Shown here: positions 1 to 13,577 of the stretch, piece by piece
How positions within the stretch are numbered: the first letter of the stretch is position 1
How the letters are laid out: each line of letters opens with the position of its first letter
Source of the DNA: Diadema antillarum
Taxonomy: Eukaryota
Length of the DNA stretch: 64,000 nucleotides
Assembly (NCBI RefSeq): GCF_040938485.1
Contig: NW_027271759.1
Location: forward strand, 310,001 to 374,000
Direction: 5' to 3'
Program-made: the position numbers and the translations under genes
Notes under the pieces: generated by a model
What the model was told of the DNA's origin: nothing
The model's input: the letters and a program-made list of their open reading frames with translations, nothing else
Database searches by the model: none

Positions 1-139
1 CGCGGATCTGTTTGCCGCCGTGGCGCCGCAATAAGAGTGCAGGCAACCACGGGCCGCTTTCTCCTGTACAGTAGCAGGTGAACAAACAGGTTGTTTTGTA
101 ATCCTAGTAAATCTCTCTGCATTGATGTTAAGATGGGTG

Positions 140-141
<2 letters not shown>

Positions 142-209
<68 letters not shown>

Positions 210-219
210 AGAGAGAGAG
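142..219. repeat. Compound (TG)n-(GA)n microsatellite
   Basis: Direct reading. Confidence 0.97.
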
Positions 220-2276
220 TAAGAGGGTGGATGCCATCTGTGGTAAGGGTAGTCAGCAGATGTCAGAACTACACAGTGAAGAAAATTGCGAAAAGCTTCC
301 AGGTTCAAGCCTCGCTTGACTACTGTTGTTGATGGCATTCAATTGTGTAGTTGGATAACTTGTGATCAGATTCCTCTACCATACTGTTAGGTTTGGCCAT
401 GCTTGCTGTTCATACATACATGTACTGTATGTACCATACTATACAGTGGTACACGCCAGAATAAGACTTGACTCCTATTGTATCCACGCATTGGAAAGGC
501 ATGTGTACAAGCAGGGAGCTACAAACGAGAGTACGAGTAAGATCTGTCAGGAAGCGAGGCGATACCAATAGACATAGAAAGTATTCAACAGAGAAAGACA
601 TTTATAAGCAAAGGAAATGCAAACATGCCAGCGGGCTTATTCACACGGTTACAAGTAAGGCGAGCTCATTACTGATGCAACATGGGCAATCACATATGAA
701 TATTAAAAATTGATATTTCCCAGTTATGGGTGCTTTTTGTGACAAGCAAGAATTCTCTTTAGGGTACTGTAACTTTGTGTTCTTACACTCCTCAAATATG
801 AATGCCAGAGGAGAGATACTCTGTTAATTGTTGAACATTACTCTTGTTATAAACAAACAGTACATTACAGAAAATAGAGGCACTATCCATTAATTCAGAA
901 TGACAGTGATGGAGATGCAGTAAATGTCATCACCTTGGATGCACCATTCTCTAACCTGTTTCTCTTGGCAGACCGCTATGCTTCCTTTTGATAACATCTT
1001 CTTGTATTCACGCCCTCAGTACATTTGGACACTGCCTCAGGCTTTTTGATATTCCGCTTCTTGAAATCATCTGCATTAATACATTGCTGGTTTTTAGTTG
1101 GTGGTGTGAAAGAATTGCGTTTGCCCTTTTCCCCATCTAAAATTATAATTCATGATGAAAAGTATAAACAAGGTGTAGAATTTGGTGCATTTTCATGTCA
1201 TTGTACACTGTTAGGGACTGTATATCATACATGTATATCATAAATATATATTTTCTATTATAAACCAATATATCAATGGTAAACTTTATATTTTGCTGTT
1301 CACTGAACTGAGATAATTTCATACCACTGCATCTTGTGATGATGTTTCTTGCAGTTATTTCTAACAAGTGTTTTTGTTTGAAGCAGTTAATTGTGAAAGG
1401 AATGAAAGAATCCATTAGCTGCTGTTTGCTTGTTTTTATTTTCATCATATGGCATTCAAATCATGGAAGACAATAGTCCATGATGGTTATGACTGTTACA
1501 CTTCCACTTTAGTCATATCCATATGCACACCTTGCTTTGTAGTGCTCAGAGAATTAAAAAAGGGGAATGTACATTACAATATTTTGCAAGGATGAACCAT
1601 TAATGGTGCAGTTGAATACCCCCCGGGCAATTTCGGGAACTTTGTAATGTATTTTACTTTATAGATACTTTTTTTTTTCAAGTGATGCAAACAATTTGAA
1701 ATTCCTACATGTTTTGCCTATTTTGTGAGCTTTTTTTTTTTAATGTTGGAACCTGCCTCAGGTCCAGTTATTTGTGGCAAGTTAGGACAGAGTACTAGGA
1801 AAATCTTAGCCCTTTCTCAGGAAAATCTGTTTTTCATAATGTGTGAATGTATTACAAAAAGTCCATTATCGTGCCTTCTGACAAAGATCAATATAATATG
1901 ACGTATTGTCAATGATACATTTTCATGTTTAAGTAGTAATATATTTTTGCAGATGGAACATTACACAATGCAAAACATGCAATGCATTCATTTGCTATGG
2001 AAGGGGTGTTTATAATCATCTATTTCCCACAATGTACTGCTTAGGTCTGGCCCCTGCGAGGTTTGCTGTTGGATGACTCACACTGAATTGAACATAAGCA
2101 GGACTATGAAGAGACAATTCATTTTGCATGTCAGTGCTGAAATGTGGCATCCTGTAATTTGTGCCCGACCCTTTGCCACGTTCGAATCCTAGAGATGTTT
2201 GCCAACATCATTATGTCCCACTAATTTTAGTTTGGACTGCAGTGTGAACTTGACACTCATTCATTGTATCCTGGCT

Positions 2277-2290
2277 GTTGCCATAGCAAC
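2277..2290. promoter_or_regulatory. RFX X-box motif (GTTGCCATAGCAAC)
   Basis: Match to the X-box consensus; function untested. Confidence 0.45.
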
Positions 2291-3794
2291 TGCAACTATC
2301 GTAAACCTCTATATTAGATTGGCTTCTGGCATCTTTCTGGGTCATGTTACAGCAAATCTTGGACGAAATTAGGTGAACTTTTCAAATTTTCCCTCGTCTG
2401 ACGGAGCTGATTACTGTGCACTGTAAACAGAGGATATACGCTTTAAACTACAAGTAGAAATTCAGAGATTCCGAGGTTGTCGCAGCTCTTGTAGCATAGT
2501 ATTCATTATGGGTGTAAGCAAATCTGGACTTAGCTGACACTTCCACTTTCCATCTTATGGGTGGTAAATAATAGCAGAGCTGAAATGGAGTAGACAGTAT
2601 TTTGGAGGCAGAGTGTAGCAGAGCCTGTCATAACCGTTTATTCTGTGCACTTGTCATTGTTATAGACGTGCCTAGCGTTTTGGGCATTGTGTCGGATGGA
2701 GGGGGGGGGGGGATGGAGAGACACCTTTTTGGAGGATGGAACGCTGCCCCCATCAGAATGGACACAGGAAGAAGATAAACACACTTAGCTGCAATCCGAC
2801 CAGCTGCTCGCGGCAGCACCGTCTTTTTTTTTTTCGCACCCTGCACGGCATCTCGTCCTTTATTTCGGTGACATTGCGCGCCAATCCAGCTGCCACAATA
2901 AAGCCCCAGCGGCTACGATACCCTCCGCTGTTCTGCGAGGGAATTTGAGTTGATTTGTTGCTTGCTCGATGGAGAGAGCTGAGCCTAAAAATAGTCCCGG
3001 GGTGGCAGGGGGAAGAAGGGATATGGAGGAATAGACGAAGACCCAAGGATTGAGCTGGGATGAATTATGTAAAGGTGTCAGTCGGTAGTAAGGCAGAGTC
3101 GTTGCACAGGGCATCAGAGAGAGTCACGGTATCAAACTCAAGCTCAGGGCTTCGATCTGCTCTCTCTGTCTCTCTATCTTTAACTCTAGTAATGAATCAT
3201 TGATGATATGATTTTTTTTTTTTTTTTTGCCAGAAGATGTCAGTTGGCTGCCTGCTAGATTTCGTTACCTCTTTGATACCTATGGGGTGTTCCTTAAGGC
3301 ATTATGTTTGTGAATCTGATATTCATCATCCACACTTCCTAGATCCCTTCCTTTGATAAGTAATACACATGAAGTCTTAGTGCTGTGTATGTGTATACTA
3401 ATGTGTATGTGAGTATGTAAATTTAATAGGACAAGCATTGTGAAAGGTCATAAGTGAACCAGTTGTAACTTCTTGCCTCTGACTTGTAGCAATTGCCCAT
3501 AAAATCCCCATGGTAAGGCCAATTCCAGTAAGGAATAGGTCTGTATGTATCCAACTGTTCAATGTGAAGGTTTCCCAGTTGGTTACATAGCAGACAGAGT
3601 TTGCCTTAGTCCAACACACAGAGTTTCCTGTGCTCCAGTTTGGACCCTCCGCATCACGCTTGGTAGGGTTCCACAATGCATAACAATTACATGCTCGTTG
3701 ATCTAGTTGCCTTGTGCAAGGTTTTCATGCCTTCATGATGAAGAATCGCAACCCGTAAGCAACATGAGTCTGATTTTCATCTGTGTGCACCTCC

Positions 3795-3808
3795 GTTGCC
3801 ATGGCAAC
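3795..3808. promoter_or_regulatory. Perfect palindromic RFX X-box (GTTGCCATGGCAAC)
   Basis: Exact consensus inside a CpG-containing non-repeat patch; function untested. Confidence 0.55.
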
Positions 3809-6273
3809 TTGCAAGGAGATGCTTCAGTGACGAGATGGTGGCGTGTGGTAAATCACTGCCGAGCACTCCAATAGAAGAGGAAACCCAAGGCAACAGAGGA
3901 CATGAGCAAAGCCACAACAAATCTGTCTTGGGGTGACACTGCCCAAGGGCCTCAATTATTCTCCTTTTTCATGTTAACCAGGAAGTAAACAACAGTGCAC
4001 TTGTTCAAAGAAAATACGTTTTTGCGACAATTGGGGGCAGAAAGGTCTCTGCGTCTTGCGCCGCTCAAGCAAAACGTGCTAGAATGTCCATGCTTTGTGA
4101 CAATTTATTCCTTGTTTCTTTGGGTTTTTTTTTCAGGATGATACAGTTCTGCTAGGGCTTACTTCCTTGTTCAACGCATGAACAATTGCTACATGATTTA
4201 AAATGTGAAGGGCCAATTGATGTGGTCTACAATAAATCATACAATGGTTTTCATGAACTCATGAAGTGTAGACATTTTCGTCTATATTTTCAAGCGACGG
4301 CATTTGTCAGATTTGTCAAAAGTGCATCAATGTTTTCATGAGTCAAAAGGCCTGGGGGGAAAAATGGAATTGGGAAAATGAAGTGTACAAAGTTAACAGC
4401 AGTGCAGAAGAAAAGGAAGATACGTTGTTGTCTGGAACATTAATACAGGAGACCATTAATATTGAAGTGATGTTTGTAATTTACTGTACTGTGGTTTTTA
4501 TATTCTACATAAGAGGTACAACACAAGAGATTTATTCAAAGCATTTGTATGTACTGTGAAAAAGGAATTTACTGTGTATTACAGGGAGTTTGGGAATTTC
4601 CCATGTCACATTTCATCAGAAGAAGCAGATGCCATCTCCATTTTTTTTTCCTTTGCGATTTTTTTAAATAGTAGTTTTTTTTCCAATTTTGCAGATTGTA
4701 AGCTCTCACATGATGTATACATTGCTTTTTGTAGAAATTAACACCTACAATGAAATTAAGAAACCTATACCGTCTTGAAATAGTCGCCAGTGATGAGTCA
4801 CCATTAAAATACAAAAGGTCGATAAGTAATGCCTGGGTAACATGCTTGATAATAAGGCAAAAGGTGATATATGTCAACACATTCCTAGATAAAGAAATTT
4901 GGACAGGAGGCAGATTAGATATCAATTTTTACATTTTGACACATGTATGTAAAACATTTTTCTATAAAGAATTTTTTTCTTCAACATATAAAAGTCAGCA
5001 TAATGGCTGCAATATGGTAATATGTCACAAATTTTGATATATTCTTATGAGGTCATGAGGGATAAGGAAAACTTTTTGAGTAGAGAGATTCTTTGAACAG
5101 TAAAAACTAGGATAGAGAGCAGTACTGTAAAGTAGAGAAGACCGCATAATCAAAATATGATTCTCAATGAGTCTCAACCTTACAAAGTTGTGATGTTGAA
5201 GCAGTCAAATAGTAGTTGTTGTTTTTTCACCCTAGAACTTTCCAGTCTCTTATCTAGCTAGCTAATAGACAAGCATGACTTCTTCCTATAGATGAAGAAA
5301 TGTCTTTCTGAGTTTTATACAGCCTTTCTGCCAAACTGATTCAAGGGACTTTTCTCTGGGAACCGTGAGGCTTGGTTTGCAAAGACTAGTGCAGCAGCGA
5401 GGTCTGACTTTTTTTTTCTTTTTTTACTCGTGCGATTGTTTCGTGCATTTTCCGTGAATGGGGATCGAATATTGATTCTTGATTCCCACGCATTACCCGG
5501 AGGATGGAAGGAAGGCAAGGCACCCTTTTAGAACTGTTGCAGAAAATGTCATTTTGTACATTGCTTGCTAGATGGCTATACAGTAGCCACTAAGTGTTAA
5601 GGCTTTCTTGCCATGCTGTGTTAAGTACATGTACTAGTATACACCATTTCTCTTGAACCCATAGACATCAGTATTGCATTGTTTTAGTAGTTTTTCAGAT
5701 GGTGCATTGTATGCCAGGGAACTTTTATAAATCAAATATATCACGAGTAAGACCATGATAATATAGTTTTAAGACAACTAGATTGATTTCTAATCTCTTT
5801 TTAATGTCCAGCAGGGGTCATTTTGTTAATTTTGTTCTGTCTCCTCTGTCTATATTATGAATGAAAATATTGCACAATCATGTGGATTTCAGATATTATG
5901 TACGTACAGCAGAAAGTGCATTTTTAGTATTTGGTATACATTTTGTTCAAATGTGAAAGCTGAGATACAGTTACAGGCCTTCTGCTTCCTACAAAATATA
6001 TAATATTGGAACAGGGAGCAACGTTTGAGGGCAGAAAAAGGAGCTAAACAGGGAATAAATTGCTGTCACATTTTTTTTTCTTGTAACAACTTTCTTATGA
6101 AAAAAAAATAGGATGTGGGATAATAAAATTCATTACTTGTAGCTTCAGACCCCTTTTGTTTTACAAGATGTGATAGTGTGATGTACAATGGTATATGTTC
6201 ACAAAGTGCAGCATCAGTGTTATTGTTAATGATCAAGAGCATTTTCATACATCGCAAAAGAGATAAACTCATA

Positions 6274-6567
6274 GGCCCGAATGTATGAAGGTGGTACAAT
6301 TGAAACAAAGGTTTAAACCATGGACAATTTGTATGGAGCGGCAAGTGTCGCATGGTCTATTTCATTTCGATACAAAATCAATCATTTCGTTGACAAAATG
6401 TTCATTTTGTTACGAAATGTTGTCAATCTATTATAAAATAATCATTTCGTCAGTGAGATGACTGATTTCGTAACGAAATATTCCATGTGACACTTGATAG
6501 CGCTCCATGATCTTTGTCCATGGTTTAAACTATGGGCAAGATTGTACCACCTTCATGAATTTGGGCC
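6274..6567. mobile_element. Harbinger-like palindromic MITE (outer) containing a nested MITE
   Basis: ATA|ggcccgaatgtatgaaggtggtacaat...attgtaccaccttcatgaatttgggcc|ATA; ~55-bp imperfect arms. Confidence 0.8.
6334..6507. mobile_element. Nested TA-flanked MITE family C (inner)
   Basis: TA|tggagcggcaagtgtcgcatgg...ccatgtgacacttgatagcgctcca|tg; same family as 17968-18139. Confidence 0.75.
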
Positions 6568-7340
6568 ATAAAGTTTGATCCTGACTAACCTTGCTCCATT
6601 CTCCCTCCTCATAGTAAAGCTCTGATGCATGCATTTGTGATAAATTGCATATGATGTAAAGTGTAAAAGGAGAAGAAAACGGATCTCTGCTCACAAATGG
6701 CTAAAAATTGATGAGAGACAGTGATAGAATCACACTCTTTTCCTCACTCTCACCGAAATCAGGCGGGATGCTACACTCACAGTCGCCAGCGAGATGAAAT
6801 TCAAATGATTGATGAATAATGTATGTTTCAGTATCCCTTACCTGGGGTAGATTCAGTCGTGATGCTTCATTGTGATATATACAATACCCTTTCCCCACTT
6901 GCCTGGTTAAGTGGTATCAGAAGTGTTTAATCGAATGTGTTGTGTTTTCTCCAACCCACTTTTCCCTCTTATCCAATCAATTTCCTTCTTAAAGTAGTTG
7001 GTGTTTTTTCTCTGTCTTTCGCATTCACTGCTTTTCCCAATTTTGTGCAATGATATCAATGTAATGTAGGATGTACCTGTACACAACTGAATACACTTTG
7101 CCTCAAATTCTGTCATTAAAGTGATATTGTGGTTGTGGATGCACACTTGTGTGTATGTGTTTGTATGTGTATGTGTTTGTGTGTGTGTGTGTGTTAGCTC
7201 ATATGAATAAACCTCTGAGTCATCATTTGCCACATGTCCTTGTCAAAAAAAGAGAAATTGGTAACAAAATTAGTTTCTGTACCATTTCCATTGGCTGTCT
7301 GGTCCGTTTGTCAACAGAAAGTGCCCATGACCATCATTTT

Positions 7341-7346
<6 letters not shown>

Positions 7347-7393
<47 letters not shown>
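7347..7393. repeat. (TG)n microsatellite
   Basis: Direct reading. Confidence 0.97.
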
Positions 7394-7394
<1 letters not shown>

Positions 7395-8330
7395 GTTATA
7401 TGACTCTGCATGGTTGCTATTAACCCTCTGCATGCTACAATGTACATTAGGTTCCTGTCCATAGGTTTGTGGTTAAAATTTGTGCACATTTGACTCATTG
7501 GCATTGGAAGGATTAAATAACTTATCTCACTTGGGTGGCCCATGAAAATATCTGCTGCATAAACATGCACAAGATTGGATATATATTGATCTCAATGCAT
7601 CTGAAAGATATACCTAGAGGCCGCATGGTGCAATGTACATGTAGTGTACCGAGGAGAATTTCTGCCTTGTATTTTATATTTTCACTGTATACATTGCACT
7701 ACTGGTATTACCATCCCTAACGTTTCACTCATAGTATCTCTATCAAGGGATATATATATATATATATATATTGTTTTTTTTTACTGGTACTGTTTTAGAC
7801 CTTGTGACTCTGTAACCTGAGACAGTACTGAGATGTGCAGTCAATATCAACACCTCATCTCCCTCTAATAACAGTTCTTACTGTGTATAACCCAGGGAGG
7901 CAAGCTGTGACACATACTTTTAGGTTTATTTTGCAGTGTTTATACATGCTACAAATATGTGTGTACTACAAATTTGTCATCATCATTATCAAGAATGAAT
8001 TTGATTGATTAGGGCCCTGGCCTGTTTTATGAAGAGTTATAATTGATTATATAGTGGATTTAGATGATAAGTCTATGGCAGCCTGTGTAGGAAGGGAATT
8101 TATAATCACTTGTATCTTTTGATAAAACGGGGCCCAGATGTGTCATATTTGCTGATGTGGTAATGGCTCGCATGTGTTTTAACCTCACCATGACTTTGAC
8201 TCAGTTTATTTCTTAAAAGAGAAAAATTATGTCTTATGTTAGTCATTACAGTTGTTAACGAGGGCGGTTTACAACACCCAGGAGCTTGGTGAGAACTGGA
8301 AGGTGATTTGCCATTCTAAGTTTCTGAAAC

Positions 8331-8798
8331 TTAAAGGAGACCTCCGGGTGATTCTCATATTTTTACATTTGTACAACTATAAATTAGTTATAGTGAGGAC
8401 AGAGTTTCAGAATTTGTGATAATTGGGATGAAGAATAAGAATATTTTCAAAAAATAGAACAAATTGCAATGAACAAGGATGATGACATGGCAGAGTCACC
8501 ATAAGAATGCATGAGTTGGGACTCAAGGAAGCAGAACAAAAGAAGAAGGCAAGCATAGATTATAGACAGGTGAACTCGCAAACAAGCGGTATTGTTATGG
8601 AATTACACTGCTATCATTTCTGAAATATGTGAACCTTCTATGTCATCATCCTTGTTCAGTGTAATTTGTTTAAGGTTTTTCAAAGTATTGTTTCTCTGCT
8701 CAAGAACCAAAATAAAGTCCACAAATCTATCCAGGGAGTTGTCGATTGATGTACTACATGATGTGAAATTATGAAAATCGTCTGGAATGTCCCTTTAA
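8331..8798. mobile_element. Kolobok-like MITE family K1 (TTAA TSD, AG...CT termini)
   Basis: TTAA|aggagacctccgggtgattctcata...tatgaaaatcgtctggaatgtccct|TTAA; internal inverted segment aacaaattgcaatgaacaaggatgatgaca / tgtcatcatccttgttcagtgtaatttgtt. Confidence 0.7.
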
Positions 8799-8817
8799 GC
8801 GACATGATTTGATATGA

Positions 8818-8929
8818 GTGAGTTTCTTCAATTTGTCTCCCTCTACAAATCAAATTTGTAGAGAGAGACAAATTGAAGAAATTCACACCTGAACCTTCAT
8901 CCCTCTGAATAATATCTTTCTTTCAAGAT
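8818..8929 (+). repeat. Internal fragment of the 47832-48199 family
   Basis: Same hairpin arms with a short loop, and the same tail acctgaaccttc...ctttctttcaagat as ~47940-48106. Confidence 0.7.
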
Positions 8930-9106
8930 TTGACATGCCACCCAACATGTTCTGGAATATTACTTTATGCACTTCTGCTGCCAAAACATATTTAGGATGA
9001 TCCCCTACAGACATTGACTGTACTTGTAGACACATTAGCCTAGATTCACAAGGGTAGTTGAAATTTAACTCGTGGATATTGCCAATTTTGTGTGTTACTG
9101 ATCACA

Positions 9107-9318
9107 TACTGTACAGGTGGAAATTTTCGCGGGTGTCGAAATTTTTGCGCATTTTGCGCTACCAGAAACTAGCGCAAAAATAAAAGCACACAAATATTTT
9201 TGCTTGTCATATGTTCCAGTAGTTGATGTCTTGATTCCACGGAATTAAAATCACGCGAAATTCTTCTTACCCGGCCAAGTGCAAAAATTTGTTGCGCGAA
9301 AACATTCACTTTTAAGTA
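9107..9318 (-). mobile_element. TA-flanked MITE family A (~210 bp; Tc1/mariner-superfamily-like)
   Basis: TA|ctgtacaggtggaaattttcgcg...cgcgaaaacattcacttttaag|TA; reverse complement of 16755-16968. Confidence 0.75.
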
Positions 9319-9668
9319 TGGTTTTCCTTTATAATAGCAACCGTGGTATCAGTGTAGGTACATCTGTCAGTGACTAGACTAGGGAATCAACCAGCCACCA
9401 ACAGCTGCTAAACCACAAACAGAAATCAGTGCGATGCCATGCCATGCCATGCCAAATACTAAGAATTTCAGCCTTCCCGGAAAACGAGAATGCGGATTCA
9501 GCGGCAAGGATACCATGAATCCGGATATTTCCTGCCTAAATCCATTCATGAAGTAGAACATCCTGTGTTTGTGACTACACTTCTTAACCCTAGAAAACCC
9601 ATATTACAGAATGGATAAGTATAGAACCAGGATATGAAAATCTCACAGCATGGTTGTATCATACAGAA

Positions 9669-10030
9669 AACTAGAAAAGCACTCAGGCAGCACAGACCTC
9701 CACCAAGCCAGCAACTTATTTCGACCCTTACACGCATGCAATTTCCCAAAATAGGAGCCTTTTGTTACGTCATTGCACGGTGCCTTGCCTGAGCAGAGCT
9801 TTAGTACGCGTATACATGTAAACCTCCAGTACGCGCAGCTTAAACCCCAAGTTCGTTGACCTTATATGCTAAATGATGAAAAATCCTTTAAAAATCCATA
9901 AAAAATGTCTGGAACACTACCAAAATTGAATGAGGTGTTCCTTGTGTCAATATCGACCTGTAATGCAAGTTTCATTTTAATCCATACACAAATTTTTGAG
10001 TTATTTTGCAAACAGACAAACCAATGCTGG
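9669..10030 (-). mobile_element. Second HINE-like copy, 5'-truncated
   Basis: aactagaaaagcactcaggcagcacagacctccaccaag is the reverse complement of the 3' end at 30159-30197; internal aagctgcgcgta...gaggttt and ttattttgcaaacagac segments also match. Confidence 0.7.
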
Positions 10031-10420
10031 TGATCGCGTAAAAGGAAAGGTATTTTTCTTAAACAATACTTGTAGGTTTTTTGAAGCAACCGGGTGAAAA
10101 AGGGAAAAAAAAAGGACAAACACAGAAGAATAAAAATGAAAGAAGGATACTGCAAACTGCAAACATGAAAAGAAAGAGGAATGCTTAGATCATGAAGCTA
10201 GCTTCATGCTTAGATTTCCTGCTGCTGACTTTTTGCTTAAAATGTATTATATAACCAGGAAGCGGAGAAGGTGGGAGAAGAGGGGAATTCCCTGTCAAAA
10301 TGGACAATCACCTTCTTTTCACTGTATGATAATGATCTCACTTCGGAGCGGAACTCGTATTGCAACCAAATTAGACATTTTTCCCTTTTTGTTTGAGTGT
10401 CTGACTTGCATTCCTGCTAA

Positions 10421-12110
10421 AGCGGGGTTCCCACTATCGTGCGATTTATTACGAACGCCACGATTGGACATTCGTAACTGATCGTGGAAGATTCATTGAA
10501 CTCGTTTGAAATTTCACGTTAGGATACGAGTTTATGCGAGTCAATACGTGTTGGTTCGCTTAGTTGCGATATGGTCACGATTGGTCTATTTCAAGCAACA
10601 CGATCTGTCACGATCTGATCTCCCACTCAAATACAATCCGATAGGATTGACCCGATTGAGTCCATGATTGGTTCCGATCTACCACGATCATTACGATCGG
10701 GATCCCCAATTTGGTGCGTGCAGCTACGTTCTGATACGTTCCAATACGAATACTGCGAACCAATGCGGGCTGTTGAGATAAGATACGATATCTTTCACGA
10801 TCGGGATCAAAAGCGACCCCCATTAAGAGGTGCGATTGGACCCGAATGGGAAATTATAGTACGGCTGACAATGGATTTCATCGTTTCCTTAACTTCTGCT
10901 GAGTGATTAAGCCTACTATCCACAATTATTGATGATGGCAAGGGTTGACAGGTTGAGAATGATGACCTTTGCAGTATTGCGAATGACAACTATCATCAGA
11001 GAGAAAGCATCACCTATAGGCCAGCCACAACCTCGGTTAGTCCCTCCTCTAATTTAACCGAAAGAAATAAGTTATTGAATCGACCTGCTCACCCTTCCCC
11101 TCCCCCTCCCCCCCCCCCAAAAAAAAAAAGAATACACGAGATCAGATCATTGTCCCCTCTTCCCCAGAAAAAAAGAAAAGATCAAGACAAAATGTTTTCA
11201 CCTTCCTTTGAAATACATGACGAAAATATGATATAACGTACATTGTATGTGTTATATACGCTAAATATAAGAACATTGGCCGAACCGATAGTATTACTTG
11301 TGTGTTTGATTTCATATTCGCATAATATGTATCCTATGCATTTTTATATCAAAATGTCGTTATCTCATGGGGTATTGAAAGTTTGGTTGGTTTGACTTGA
11401 ATTATTGTTTTATTTAACAGTGTTTAACAAAATCCATATACACACAACAGAAAGGTAACTCCCCTATAACAATGTCACTTTTTAACGAAAAAAAGTAAAG
11501 TAAAATTGTTTCTCAGGGGTATTGCTACACTCATTGACTAACTTCTATGTGAGAAATAATGACAGTGATATTTATAGTCATGCACGAGTGACCTAACATC
11601 CACGACAATGGTCACTTTTCAAAAGTCACAAAAGTTACTTTGTGGGATAAGTGAAACATTCTCCTTCTGGTGGATATTTCAATGATGTCGTTATTTTATA
11701 TTTCATTGTGCCACCCCTCCTTAATCAACTTCGCGGAATACAAAATATATACGATTTGCAGGTAAAATAAGGGCAAAATAAATGTGCAAAAAAACCCCCC
11801 CAAAACAACCCGAAATAAGCAGAAGGTAAGTGAAAAAGTCGATCCCGATTAACAAGATCAAGAAGTACGATAAGTTAAGATTTGCTGGGTTTTGATACGA
11901 TCCAAGACAATCTGATGCGATGATCACGATCAAAAAAGAATCGTGTTAATCGTAGAAAATTTTTGAACCGTTCAAAAATTTTCTACAATTAACGCGATTG
12001 CTGCGATTGACCTCAAGATCTGATACAATCTAATAAGATCACCACGATTGCTTCACGATTAAGACCACGATTTCAATCGTGGCGCCAATCGTGATAGTGG
12101 GAACCCCGCT
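10421..12110. mobile_element. Non-autonomous PIF/Harbinger-like element, 1.69 kb
   Basis: TAA|agcggggttcccactatcg...gatagtgggaaccccgct|TAA: 3-bp TAA TSD and ~18-bp TIR; subterminal regions dense in ACGAT/ATCGT motifs; no transposase ORF. Confidence 0.8.
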
Positions 12111-12507
12111 TAAACTTGTTTAGTCGTCCAGAAAAATATTTGGACAGTGTTCCTCTTTGTTTACTGATGAAGAACTTTGCAAGATGAACAGTCTGATCTC
12201 TTTCCTTTGAAATTGTCGGTCTCTGACATGGGCAATTACCTCTCTTAACAATAGACTGCGACTCAGCATTTTACATCCGGTGTTGCTCTGTGGGTAGTAG
12301 TACTGATTAGGCAATGTACTGTATACATGGACATTTTATCATTACATTGATTTTCACATATTTTGCGCTACTTTTGGCTAGCACAAATTATAAAACCTAC
12401 AAAACAATTTCTGCACAATATTCTCTACACATTTTGAATGGGCTGCATCATGGGCTGGAGTCAACGATGCATCTGTGAGGATGTTTCATGTAGAATTTAA
12501 GCTGATA

Positions 12508-12602
12508 TTAACCCGTTGAGGATGGGCTGATATTGCTGTCCAACATGAATTTGCCATAGACACCTGCCCAAGTATACTTGGGACTCATCTTCAGTGGGTT
12601 AA
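12508..12602 (-). mobile_element. piggyBac-like ~85-bp MITE (TTAA TSD)
   Basis: TTAA|CCCGTTGAGGATG...CATCTTCAGTGGG|TTAA; internal palindrome cccaagtatacttggg. Confidence 0.85.
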
Positions 12603-13209
12603 AGTTAAGATCGACCTGAAACTACGGTATGTTCTGTGTGTCTTCAATGGTATTCTAACTGCCTAGTTAGAATGAAATTTGGAGATTTTTTTCATGCAGC
12701 GATTGATGTACAAATGGCAAAGAAATTAGTCCATAAATTTTGATGACATTCAATCGTGCAAAAATATCAACGTTTACAACCATTCAAAGGAGAAATTCAG
12801 GCTTTGAATAACAATTTTTTCCTCTATCATACATCACCTAAAGAATGGTGACAGCTAACTATAATGTGGTGTGTGGAATGATGTTGTTCTGAAAAGATCA
12901 AACAATTTCTAGTCTGGTGTTGATGCTGGTACTGGTGTTTGTTTGTTTTTATTCTCAAAATGCTTGTGTTAAATTGAGTTCCAACACCACCGGTCAGACT
13001 GACGCAAGCAATGCCGATCATCACTATTGATTGGCCAACACCTTGTATATTGTTGGCACCAGTACAATGTCTGTAAAATTGTGATAGATGCATACGATCA
13101 AAGAAGTCATTGCATTTGATACATGCGTAGTCACATATGATGTAACCTTGATGCTGTATTAAAGACAGAACAAGAAAATATGGTGGGAATGCTGCAAGTT
13201 TCTGGCCCC

Positions 13210-13577
13210 TTAAAGGCATAATTTACCATTTGCAGATGAAACAAAAACCCAGCCTTACTGCCTCAAAATAGTTCTAAAATGTGAGTGAGGGATAGAAACA
13301 ACCAATGTAAAAAGTTTAATCAATATAATCAATGTTAGGTATTAAATATACAAAATGTGAACAATAGGTATGATAAAAATGTTTCTAGACTAGACTGTCT
13401 ATAGTTAATGGTTTATTGAGAAAAATGGTGATATCTCTTTATATTTTAGGCGTTATTGCAAAATTTTTACATGGTAGGATGTTTTGTGATACAACTGACC
13501 TACACACATTATGCATTAAATGTGATATCTTGAACATTTTTAAAATCACTGCTCCCAAAGGTAAACAGTGCCTTTAA
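13210..13577 (+). mobile_element. Kolobok-like MITE family K2, full-length
   Basis: TTAA|aggcataatttacc...ggtaaacagtgcct|TTAA; homologous copies at 45564 and 56039. Confidence 0.8.

Noticed and set aside
2178-2192. gttcgaatcc as a tRNA or SINE B-box
   Set aside because: No upstream A-box or cloverleaf.
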